From Mobula hypostoma (lineage: Eukaryota): a DNA stretch of 64,000 nucleotides. How positions within the stretch are numbered: the stretch's first letter is position 1; every line of letters begins with the position of its first letter. The translations under genes and the position numbers were made by a program. Of this stretch, positions 1 to 10,830 are shown in pieces. The notes under the pieces are model-generated. The model saw nothing but the letters and a program-made list of their open reading frames with translations, was not told the DNA's origin and ran no database searches. The stretch lies in NCBI RefSeq assembly GCF_963921235.1, contig NC_086107.1, positions 108,626,001-108,690,000 on the forward strand, in the 5' to 3' direction.

Positions 1-245
1 CGCAATACCTCTCCCATCCATGTACTTATCCAAACTTCTCTTAAATGTTAAAATCAGACTCTCATTCACCACTTCTGCTGACAGCTTGTTCCACACTCTC
101 ACCACCTTCCGAGTGAAGAAGATCCCCCTCATGTTCCCCTTAAACATTTCACCTTTCACCCTTAACCCTTGACCCCTTAGCTCTAGTCTTACCCAACCTC
201 AGTGGAACAAGCCTGCTTGCGTTTACCCGGTCTATTCCCCTCATG
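1..245 (-). mobile_element. CR1 LINE 3' fragment
   Basis: Reverse complement matches the CR1 ORF2 C-terminal region seen more completely at 51687-51998 (LFPLRLG..TRGH.LRVKG..F). Confidence 0.8.
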
Positions 246-814
246 TGGGGAATCCAATGGTGTACACTGAAGCACTTTTCATGGACAACCTCACCTAGGC
301 ACGATGTGGCTGAGTGACTCAACAGCCCTTAATCCAACGTTGTCCCATGTTGTCACCTCCTCCTTTCTGACGTAGACTTCCTTTGGGAATGGTTGACATT
401 GGATTGGGTTTGTGTTGGCAATAACTCCTGTCTGATTTGGCTCTGTTTGGGGAATTTCCCAGAGACGTGTCTCACTACAATTGGATCCAACTCAAAACTG
501 AATCAAGGCATAATTGCCATTTTGGCTTTCACCATTGCCAGTAGTGTTAGTCCATAAAGCCCTAAGACCACTCCCATCAAGGAAGAGGCAGGATCACCAG
601 ACTCAGAAACAATTACATCCCGTGTCATCAGGCTGATCAACACATCCACCCATTAACTCACCTCACCACACCTCCCACCGCCAATACTTCCTCATTTCCT
701 GTCAGAGTTATCTCCTGTACAGATATTCCCGATAAAGTGTCACTTTATGTACATACATCCAGTCTAAATACATAAGCATGTATCAGTTAAGTTAATCAGT
801 CTGAGTAACTTTGA

Positions 815-1670
815 GTCCCATTCCCATTCCAACACGTCGGTTCACGGTCTCCTCTTGTGCCAAGATGAAGCCACCCCCGGGTTGGAGGAGCAACACCTTA
901 TTATCCATCTGGGTAGCCTCCAACCCGATGCCATAAATATCGATTTCTCCTTTGAGTAAAAAGAATTCCCTCCCCCCTCCCCTCTTCTATTCCCCATTCT
1001 GAGAATCTTATCTCTTTTCACCTGCCTATCACCTTCCCCTGGATCCCCTCCTCATTCCCTTTCCCTTATGATCCACTGCCCCCCTCCTATCATATTCTTT
1101 CTTCTTTCCTACTCACCTGGCTTCACCCATCACCTGTCTTCCTTCTCCTGCGCGTCCCCCCCCCCCCGCCACACCTTTTTATTCTGGCCTTTCCTTTCCA
1201 GTCCTGAAAAAGTGTCTCAGGCTGAAATGTCAACTGTTTATTCATTTCCATAGATGCTGCCTGACCTGCTGAGCAATGTTCCCTCTGAGGTGTGCGTGTG
1301 CGCACCTTTTGCTACTAGCGCACAAAGGAACTTAAGCTCCGCACAAAAGGTTGTCAGCCTCTACCTCGTTGGCACGTTGAGTATACTTCACGATCGTACA
1401 CAATCACATTTCCTGTTCCAGTCTCTGATGCGGACGGTGTTGACAGCGTGGAGTTTGTGATGATTTGTCTGCAGATTTTTAGAACCGGCTTACTTATACT
1501 GCTTTTATAAGAAATGATTCAGAGCGCACATGTTGTTACTGGGCAAAAAAATTGCACAGCACAAGATTTTTGTGCACACTGGTCATTACAAATTAGAGGG
1601 AACATTGCTGCTGAGTTTTTCCAGCATTTTGTGGGTGTTGCTCTGGTTTTCCAGCATATGCAGAATTTCT
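815..1670 (+). mobile_element. Degenerate Penelope-like element 3' part (GIY-YIG end, pyrimidine-rich UTR, decayed hammerhead, tail), split by a hAT MITE
   Basis: ttggaggagcaacacctt..ctgggtagcctccaacc is homologous to 3603-3650; decayed ribozyme at 1199-1236; the tail resumes after 1607. Confidence 0.8.
1274..1607. mobile_element. hAT-type MITE
   Basis: Terminal inverted repeats caatgttccctct / agagggaacattg; perfect 8-bp TSD ctgctgag at 1266-1273 and 1608-1615. Confidence 0.9.
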
Positions 1671-1957
1671 TGAGTATATAAGTATATAAGCTAATCATAT
1701 GGATTTATATTTATAGTGTTTTCTTATTGTGCCTTTATGCCTATGGTTTTTTTTATGCTGGATAAGATCTGGAGTTACTACCATTTCAGTCTCCTTTACA
1801 CTTGTGTGCTGAAGAATCACAATAAATAATCTTGAATTGTCAATCTTGAATAAGACATAGGAGCAGAATTAGGCCATTCAGCCCTCTCAATCATGGGTAA
1901 TATACCATCCCTCTCAACGAATTCTCCTTCCTTCTCCCTGTAACCCTTGGTGTTCTT

Positions 1958-2475
1958 TGTTAGAGTAAGTTTTTTTGGGGTAGATGATTTGTTTACACTT
2001 AAATGACTTTGGCCACCAGACTTCTATTGTAACTGTTTGACAATGCGCTTCCTAAAAGGGTGTGAATACCAGCCGTAGTTTGACCTGATGCTGTAGTTTC
2101 GAAGACAGTATCGTCTATACATTATAAATATTAATTGTCTTCTACATTAGCACAGGAAATGCCAAATAAATGTATCGTAGACTTAACTTACATTCCTAAA
2201 GGCTGTGGATACCAACCCAGACATGTTGGCGTCGGATGGATGGTGTGATATTTTGTATGTAGCTTCAACAGGAAGCATTGTCTATAACTTTTTAAGTAGC
2301 GATTGCTTTTGTGTTTAGCATATAAATATCGAGTCCACATTGAGCTAGCAGACCTTTCTGCGGAAAGCGTCTCCGACCATATGATGCCTGCTGTACCTCA
2401 TGGTGTCGAATAAAGAAGCTGCTTTGTATCTATCAGTGACTCTGTCTCTCCAGTAATTTCATCCACGCCACAACA
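1958..2475 (+). mobile_element. Solo LTR inserted in a CR1 3' fragment
   Basis: Ends are tgtt...aaca; flanks ttctt/ctctt (5-bp TSD, 1 mismatch); AATAAA at 2409-2414; CR1 tail sequence continues on both sides. Confidence 0.75.
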
Positions 2476-2765
2476 CTCTTACTAATCAAAAACTCATCAA
2501 CCTCCGCTTTAAGTGTACCCAGTATCATTGTTCCCGATGACCAGTGCTCCTGGTGTTACCTCCAGCTGGAGTCATTGCCTGGAGAAATTGCAGAGAGTAG
2601 TGGACTCAGCCCAACATATCACAGGCACGTCCCTCCCCACAGTCCGCAGTATCACATCATGAAGATTGATGAAGAGTCTCAGCCAGAAACAACGGTTTAA
2701 GATGGCGCTGGTGAATCTCAGTGACTCCTGGCTAGTGGCCGGTGAAACAAGCAAAACAACTAAAT

Positions 2766-3410
2766 AACACACATCAAAGTTGCTGGTGAACGCAGCAGGT
2801 CAGGCAGCATCTCCAGGAAGAGGTACAGTCGATGTTTCAGGCGGAGACCCTTCGTCAGGACTAACTGAAGGAAGAGCTAGTAAGAGATTTAAAAGTGTGA
2901 GGGGGAGGGGGAGATGCAAAATGATAGGAGAAGACAGGAGGGGGAGGGATGGAGCCAAGAGCTGGACAGGTGATTGGCAAAAGGGATATGAGAGGATCAT
3001 GGGACAGGAGGCCCAGGGAGAAGGAAAAGGGGGAGGGTGGGAAAAACCCAGAGGATGGGCAAGGGGTATAGTCAGAGGAACAGAGGGAGAAAAAGGAGAG
3101 TGAGAGAAAGAATGTGTGTATATAAATAACGGATGGGGTACGAGAGGGAGGTGGGGCATTAGCGGAAGTTAGAGAAGTCAATGTTCATGCCATCAGGTTG
3201 GAGGCTACCCAGACGGAATATAAGGTGTTGTTCCTCCAACCTGAGTGTGACTTCATCTTTACAGTAGAGGAGGCCGTGGATAGACATGTCAGAATGGGAA
3301 TGGGATGTGGAATTAAAATGTGTGGCCACTGGGAGATCCTGCTTTCTCTGGCGGACAGAGCATAGGTGTTCAGCAAAACGATCTCCCAGTCTGTGTCGGG
3401 TCTCGCCAAT
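2766..3410 (-). mobile_element. Penelope-like element, inverted arm (GIY-YIG C-terminus + 3' UTR, no tail)
   Basis: Part of ORF 3159..3524(-): IGETRHRLGDRFAEH...RLEEQHLIFRLGSLQPDGMN; 645-bp inverted copy of 3434-4078. Confidence 0.92.
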
Positions 3411-4123
3411 GCTCCCGATGTGGCTTTCTATATATTGGCGAGACCTGACGCAGACTGGGAGATCGTTTTGCTGAACACCTATGCTCTGTCTGCCAGAAAA
3501 AGCAGGATCTCCCAGTGGCCACACACTTTAATTTCGCATCCCATTCCCATTCTGACATGTCTATCCACGGCCTCCTCTACTGTAAAGATGAAGCCACACT
3601 CAGGTTGGAGGAACAACACCTTATATTCCGTCTGGGTAGCCTCCAACCTGATGGCATGAACATTGACTTCTCTAACTTCCGCTAATGCCCCACCTCCCCC
3701 TCGTACCCCATCCGTTATTTATATACACACATTCTTTCTCTCACTCTCCTTTTTCTCCCTCTGTTCCTCTGACTATACCCCTTGCCCATCCTCTGGGTTT
3801 TTCCCACCCTCCCCCTTTTCCTTCTCCCTGGGCCTCCTGTCCCATGATCCTCTCGTATCCCTTTTGCCAATCACCTGTCCAGCTCTTGGCTCCATCCCTC
3901 CCCCTCCTGTCTTCTCCTATCATTTTGGATCTCCCCCTCCCCCTCACACTTTTAAATCTCTTACTAGCTCTTCTTTCAGTTAGTCCTGACGAAGGGTCTC
4001 GGCCTGAAACATCGACTGTATCTCTTCCTGGAGATGCTGCCTGGCCTGCTGCGTTCACCAGCACCTTTGATGTGTGTTGCTTGAACTTCCAGCATCTGCA
4101 GAATTCCTCGTGTTTGCGTTTTT
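3410..4123 (+). mobile_element. Penelope-like element 3' end (GIY-YIG remnant, UTR, hammerhead, tail)
   Basis: Translates CSRCGFLYIGET*RRLGDRFAEH...PDGMNIDFSNFR* (3410-3685), containing the YIG motif and one premature stop. Confidence 0.92.
3981..4018 (+). ncRNA. Minimal hammerhead ribozyme, stem III mutated (GAAACAUC)
   Basis: tagtc-CTGACGA-agggtctcggcct-GAAA-catc-gactg; the mirror copy at 2826-2863(-) carries the same G>A change. Confidence 0.7.
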
Positions 4124-5619
4124 AAACAACTAAGTACTTTGTTAATCACTCTTTTTCTGGTAAATGATAATCAGAAACAATAGACTGTAACTTCCCTTTG
4201 GACTTGGAGGCAATTTGACGTGGCAGAGCCGAGGTGAGGCTGAACTGGAAGGGTCGGGTAAAGGGTAAATTGAGGTATCGGGGTTCAGGCACCAGTGCGT
4301 TTCGAAGAGACTGAACCCAATGCTTAGACGGCAATTTAGGCACCGGGCAGATTGAAAAGGTCAGGGTGTCAGAGTCTGAGGCAAGGGACAGGCCTGTTCA
4401 GCTCAGCTGACTGCTCAGCTCTTGCGCTGAACCAAGGGTCTGTGGACGGACTCTCCGTTCAGAAAGGTATTTGCTTGTGGGTATTTTTTGCATGACTTGT
4501 TTCTCACCATCTGCACATTGGGTGCTTGACTGTCTTTTTTAAATGGGTTCTCTTGGGTTTCTCTGTTTTGTGGTTGCCTGTTAGGAGACAAATCTCAAGG
4601 TATACTTTGAACTTTGAACTTTCAACATTGACTGTTTATTCCCCTCCATCGACCTGCTGAGTATCTCCAGATTCTGTGTTGGATTTTTTTTTTGTTCTAA
4701 ATGTGTCCCTGTGGAATTTACCATATTTTTTATTTTTCTTGTGAATATTGGTTAACTGAGGCCAAGTACCTGCGATGCTGCTGCAAGGAAGGTTTTCACT
4801 ACACCTGTGCGTGCACGCACACTTCCTGTAGCAATAGATCAGCTCTGACTTTTGCTGGTGTTGCTACCTGCTGGACTTACCCCCGCTGGGGCTGCTCCTG
4901 CTCGCCTCCTGCTGTGGCTGAGCGTCCAGCTGGTCCACCAGATGCAAGAGAAAAAAAATCCCTTGACAGCCCGATCACCTCCCACGTTACCGTCACGGTC
5001 AACACCTTTGACAGCTGATTCTTTGTGTCAACAGTCTCCACCCTGTAGGTCAAATTGCAGATGTTCGTGAGCAAGTGGCTGGCAGCAGCTCTGTTATTTT
5101 ATAAATTACTCTCTTTTACAGTTTACCAAGGCAATCCATCAATTGTGTAGAGGATATTGTCAACTAAATTACACAGTACTGCCCATTCCACTTAAGTGAT
5201 TACCTGACAGTGTAAAATTCTTTTTGGTGGCGTGATACCTGAAATGCTTTTCAAATCAATGGCCTTTATGCAATATTTATTTAGACTGCTGAGTTCTATT
5301 GCTGAACGAGATAGTTATCGTCAACTGTCCAGAAGATTCGCATCCTTCAGGCCTTTGTTGCATTCAGGTAATGTCAGTAAACTTTACCAGTTTGAATCTT
5401 CAGTGGCCAAGGGATCAAATTGACAGCTGACTCACCGATGAAGAGCGATAATGAGTCTTTGAGGAGATGGTCCCCCTCAGTCTGCCTTTTCATTAACATG
5501 AATCAGGAAATATTCCCATTTCACACTCCTTCCCTAACTCCGAATACTCCAATAGTTAAAGAATAAATTTCCCATTATCTACAGATGCAACATGCATTAA
5601 AGCAGTCGTGAACATACAC

Positions 5620-6030
5620 AGAACATAGAACACAGCACAGTATAGGCCCTTCAGCCCACTGTTCTGTGCCAATCTAACCCTTCCCTCACAATTTCACAGT
5701 TTTTTTTCTCAATTATTATGTATTGCATTGTATTGCTGATGCACAGTCGACAATTTTGAATCTTAATCTACTCTAACATCAATCTAACCCTTCCCTCCTA
5801 CATAGCCCTCTATTTTTTTTAATCAACCATGTGCCCCCTAAATGCCCCCTAATGTTTTTGCCTCTACCACCACCCCTAGCAGGATGTCCTACCCACCACT
5901 CTCTGTGCACTGTAAATAACTTACCTCTGGCATTCCTCCCGTGCTCTCCTCTAATCACCTTAAAATGCCGCCTCCTCATGTTAGCCATTTTTGCCCTGGG
6001 ATAAAGTCTCTGGCTGTCCACTCAGTCTAT
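5620..6030 (-). mobile_element. CR1 LINE 3' fragment
   Basis: ORF 5779..6021(-) MDSQRLYPRAKMANMR; CR1-type 3' UTR with short tandem tail. Confidence 0.75.
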
Positions 6031-7004
6031 GCCAAAGGTTCCCTAGCTGGGGTTCACGGACCACTTGGTTAATGGTAAGCCTCCATGGCTTGGGAATCCT
6101 TGAGAGAGTTTCAATACTGTGTATCTGTTGTTCTTGAGCCTCGTCTATCATCGGCAGTTAAAATGACTCACGTTCCTGTAATATATTACCCATCCCTTCC
6201 AGAATGCCTGAAATGCTGCCCAGCCAATGAAGAAGTTTAAGAATGGTTATTGATGTGAATGGGAAATGCGGCACGCATCATGGGCAAGATTTATTAATGA
6301 TGTAATGACCCGATAACACATATTGGAAATTGGCTGAGAGTTGGCCCAGGAGGCTGGGATGAGCTCTTCTTTAAAATAGTGTCATAAGTTGTCTAATGAG
6401 TGAATGATGCCTTACTTTAGTGTCCTATCCAAAGGACAGCACGTCCTACAAGACAACACTCTCTCAGTACTGCACTGGAGGAACAGCGATGAGCAGGAAT
6501 TTCTTTAGCAAGAGGATGGAAATGATTACCACAGACGGCTGTGGGGACCTATTCAATGGGGACATTTAAAGTGGAGGTTAATAGGTTAGGGGAAGAAGGC
6601 AGGAGAATGGGGTTGAGAGGGTAATTAATCAGTCATGATCAAATGGTAAGCAGACTCAATGGGCTGAATGGCCTGATTCTGCTCCTGAGTCCTATGGTCT
6701 TATAGGGGTGCCAGGCTGGACTTGTGTGCTCAGGTCTCTGTAGTGGGACTCATGTTCAATTTAGAGACACAAGAGAGACAGCAAATGCTGGAACCTGGGG
6801 CAGAGAATAAACTGCTACAAGAACACAGAGTGTCAGGAAGCATCAGTGAGGGAGACGGAACTGGCAACATTTCAGCTCAAGACCCTTCATCAAGACTGAA
6901 ATATCATCAAGACTGTCCACTCCCTCCATAGATGCTATCTGGCCCACCGAGTTCTTGTTGTTTTTTCTCCCCCCCTATTTCAATTTAATAGTCAAGAGGA
7001 AATC

Positions 7005-7196
7005 AGCAGATCAGGCAGCATCTACAGAGAGGAATGCTTCAGCCCGAGATCCTTCATGAAGTCCTGATGAAGGGCCTCAGCCTGAAGAATTGACTGATTA
7101 TTTGACTCCGTAGATGCTGCCTGACCTGCTGAGTTCCTTCAGCACTCTGTGTATGTTCCTCAAGATTTCCAGCATCTGCAGAATCGCTTGTGTTTA
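7005..7196. mobile_element. Old PLE 3' module in hairpin arrangement
   Basis: An inverted partial arm is joined to gtcctgatgaagggcctcagcctgaag..gatgctgcctgacctgctgagttcc..ccagcatctgcag. Confidence 0.7.
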
Positions 7197-7199
7197 ATA

Positions 7200-7730
7200 G
7201 GCAAGGGTAGGTGAGGTGTCTATGGAGGGGTAGCGCCACTGGTGAAGTTGCTTATCGTGTCCATTCTAGGGCAGATCACTCACCTTTGGTCCTCTCCGGA
7301 TACTCAATTCTCATTTGTGGCTCCAAGTAATTATTCGCACGTGACAGCGGCCACACCGCAGTACACCACTTTGACAGGTGGGCTAAACCCAGGTGAGGGT
7401 CTCGTACTCCAGGGAGATAGATGCTTGTCCTCACATGTGAAGTCAGGTCCGGATGAGATCTACAGTGAGATCCAACAGGCAGGAAGGCAGTTCTGCAACG
7501 CTCTGTGGAGCGGGAACGGCGCGACGAGGAACAGAAGACGTCATGGTCATCTGCTGTAACCAAGGGAGACCACAGTTTGTGATGCTTGTTCCTCCCACTG
7601 GACCTGGAGCTCAGAGGATGAGAGAGTGGGAATGCACCAGTGGCTCTCCGCACAGTTTTCCTGTCATCGACGGATATGATGGACAACCACCCCAAAAGGC
7701 AAGAGAAACTTTAGCCCATAAGCCAAAGTA
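7200..7730 (+). mobile_element. Probable RTE-derived non-autonomous repeat
   Basis: GC-rich noncoding block with a gggctaaacc motif also seen near 55683; resemblance to RTE 5' UTRs is from memory only. Confidence 0.35.
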
Positions 7731-7960
7731 ACTTTGATTATGCCCAGAAGCGAGAGACTGTAGATGCTGGCAACCTAGAGCAACGCACAAAGGGGCTGGA
7801 GGAACTTAATGGGTCAGGAGTGCTGCTCTCCAGTGTTTGCTCAGCTGGATTGCATGCATACACTCGTCTGTGCATTGGTGAGAACTGCTGACAACACTCA
7901 TGCACCATCAATCCATCACTCTACAGGACATGATACAGAAGGACTTGGGCTATATATCTA

Positions 7961-8521
7961 CGAGGGGTGATTGAAAAGTTCATGGCCTAAGGTAGAAGGA
8001 GTCAATTTTAGAAAACCTAGCACACTTATTTTTCAACACAGTCCCCTCCTACATTTACACACATAGTCCAGCGGTCGTGGAGCATACGGATCTTGGATCT
8101 CCAGAAAGTGTCCACAGCAGGGGTGATTGATAAGTTTGTGGCCTAAGGTAGAAGGAGATGAGTTGTACAGCTCTCGTTACATGCACTTGCAGTTCAACTC
8201 TTTGAGTGATTATGCAGAAAGTTGGAAGTTAATAACTCATCCCCTTCTACCTTAGGCCACAAACTTATCAATCACCCCTCGTACGGCAAGTGCCCACCAA
8301 TGGCATGCCAATCCATTCTTGTGCCTAGAATGATTAGGTTAGAGCCACAGGACAATCACCCCTGCTGTGGACACTTTCTGGAGGTCCAAGATCCGTATGC
8401 TCCACGACCGCTGGACTAAGTGTGTAAATGTAGGAGGGGACTATGTTGAAAAGTAAATGTGCTAGGTTTTCTAAAATTGACTCCTTCTACCTTAGGCCAC
8501 AAACTTATCAATCACCTCTTG
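7961..8521. mobile_element. mariner-type MITE
   Basis: TA-cgaggggtgattga...tcaatcacctcttg-TA; TA TSD; long inverted arms and internal TIR copies. Confidence 0.9.
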
Positions 8522-8641
8522 TATATATTCGGTGTGTGACTGTATATTTACTGCTACCTTATATGTGCTTTATGTGCCTTGTGTAGATGGTTCTGTGCTT
8601 TGCATCTTGGCCACGGAGTAACACTGTTTCGTTTGGCTGTA

Positions 8642-8772
8642 ACACATATCAAAGTTGCTGGTGAACGCAGCAGGCCAGGCAGCATCTCCTGGAAGAGGTA
8701 CAGTCGACGTTTCGGGCTAAGACCCTTTACGTGTATTGCTTGAATTTCCAGCATCTACAGAATTCTTCGTGT
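8642..8772. mobile_element. Mini PLE hairpin insertion
   Basis: Inverted arm (to 8727) plus direct tail; TSD tttcgttYggctgta at 8627-8641 and 8773-8787. Confidence 0.8.
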
Positions 8773-9679
8773 TTTCGTTCGGCTGTATTCATGTATGGTT
8801 GAATGATAATTAAACTTGAACTTGAGTTTGAAAAGGACATTTCAGGTCGGGAGCCTGCACCAGGGCTCATCCTGACAAGAATCTTGATGGATCTCGACCT
8901 GTGCCCATTTCCTCCCCACAGATGCTGCATGGCCAGCTGAGTCTCTCCAGCCTCTTTTTGTGTCAGTTTGATCGCACAAAGTCTGGCATTGGCTATCATG
9001 CGATCACCCGACTCCACTGGACTCAGATCCACTACTGGTTGCCTCACATGTCTGTCCTCCCAGTTACTGCCCTATCCCAGCCAATCAGAGTGAACACAGA
9101 CCCCTCCATACCTCTACCTGGATGATTCTTAACTGTCAATCAAACACTCTCTATTCCTTATATTTAGGGTTTCAATTTTAAAAGAAAATTTTTTAAAAGC
9201 ATATAATTTTTACTCGCTCCTGTTTTCTGGCCAGTATCTCTCACAGCAGATTTTATAATTGTTTGAATTTTTAGTGCTGCCCTGGTGACAGATTCAGGGA
9301 GATCAGTGCTGCCGAGCTTCCCTTGAGACAGGCTTGAAGCTCGCAAATTTACATTCTGTATCTAAGAATGAGCCAACTAGAATTTCGATCAAAAGTTTTC
9401 TCGACTTCAGATTATCAAAAAGATTATTATGCTAAAAAGAATTCACCAGTGTCATGTCAGAATGCAGGATGAGTTGCCTGTCATTTTGTCTTCATTGACT
9501 GGTATAAAACAGAGAGAGGCTTTAATTCTCTGACCATTGTGCCACTCGCGTTTAGGGCAGGAAGGAATGTCCTCCATCTCTGGCAGTGTTCAGGGCTTCA
9601 TTCACTGTCTCAGTAGCTTCCAAGGAGACAATAATCCATCAGGTTTATTTTCAAGTTTGAGCTCAGAGGTGGAATGACC

Positions 9680-10240
9680 ATGAGGCATAGGAGCAGAATT
9701 AGGCCATTTGGTTCATTGAGTCTGCACCGCCATTTCATCATGGCCGGTCCATTTCCCTCTCAGCCCCAATCTCCTGCCTTCTCCCCGCATCCCTTCATGC
9801 CCTGACCAATCAAGAATCTTTCAACCTCTGCCTTAAATATACCCAATGACTTGGTCTCCACAGCCGCCTGTGGAAACAGATTCCACAGATTCATCACCCT
9901 GTGGCTCAAGAAATTCCTCCTCATCTCCTTTCTAAAAGGAAGCCCCTCTATTCTGAGGTGCCTCTCGTCCAAGACCCCACCACACCATAGAAAACATCCT
10001 CGCCACGTCCCGTCTATCGAGGCCTTTCAATATTCGAAATCCAGCGGGTAGAGCCCTGGAGCCATCAAAAGCTCCTCATATTACAAGCCTTTCAATCCCA
10101 GGCTCATTTTTGTGAACCTCCTCTGAACCCTCTCCAGCGTTTGCGCATCCTCTCGAAGACAAGGGCCCCAAACTGCTCACAATACCCCATGTGAGGCCTC
10201 ACCAGTGCTTCATAAAGCCTCGATATTACGCCCTTGCTTT
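9680..10240 (-). mobile_element. CR1 LINE 3' fragment
   Basis: ORFs 10104..10289 (LYEALVRPH..YC.QF) and 9760..9972 (EMRRNF..RV.NLWN..GIFKAEV). Confidence 0.88.
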
Positions 10241-10444
10241 CCAGCCTAATACTACACATCAGACAGTGATTTAAGTGTTGTGCACACAAGATTGTTGAAG
10301 CTTAACGGATGCAAAATCCAAAGGTTTTTTACTTTTGCAAGAATATGCATCTCTGGCTATGACCCCCGCAGATGCATCTCTACCTCACTCACAAGATATG
10401 GGCATTGTATGCAGAGCCAGCAATTATTACCATGGCTAACTGGC

Positions 10445-10829
10445 CCACGGAATGGGAAATCCTACAAAAGTTAATGGATCCATCCTGGTACATCATGGGT
10501 AAAACCCTCCCAACCACTGAGCACATCAACATGAAACGCTGTCATAGAAAAGTAGCATCCATCATCAAGGACCCCCACCACCCAGGTCAGGCTCTCTTCT
10601 CACTGCTGCCGTCAGATGGAACGTACAGGAGCCTTAGGATTCACACCACCAGGTTCAAGAACAGTTACTACCCCTCAACCATCAGGCCCTTGAACAAAAG
10701 GGGACAATTACACTCATTTGTCCCTTCCATTGAGATGTTCCCACAACCAATTATCTCTTTTTAAGGACTTTTTATCTTGTTATCTCATGTTCTCATTATT
10801 TATTGTTATTTCTTTACATTTGCATTTGC
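10445..10829 (+). mobile_element. Rex1/Babar-type LINE 3' fragment (UTR resumes at 13771-13863)
   Basis: KVASIIKDPHHPGQALFSLLPS..YRSLRIHTTRFKNSYYP is the C-terminal motif of this clade. Confidence 0.8.
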
Positions 10830-10830
10830 T

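Larger units (their letters stand above)
2698..4623 (+). mobile_element. Non-autonomous LINE-derived repeat hosting the PLE palindrome
   Basis: Starts aagatggcgctg, ends aaatctcaagg..(ctttgaa)n tail; interrupted at about 2764-4123. Confidence 0.55.

Noticed and set aside
2780..4125. Proline/serine-rich and glycine-rich ORFs (also 37351-37808)
   Set aside because: They are translations of the low-complexity PLE 3' UTR on both strands and recur wherever the repeat occurs.
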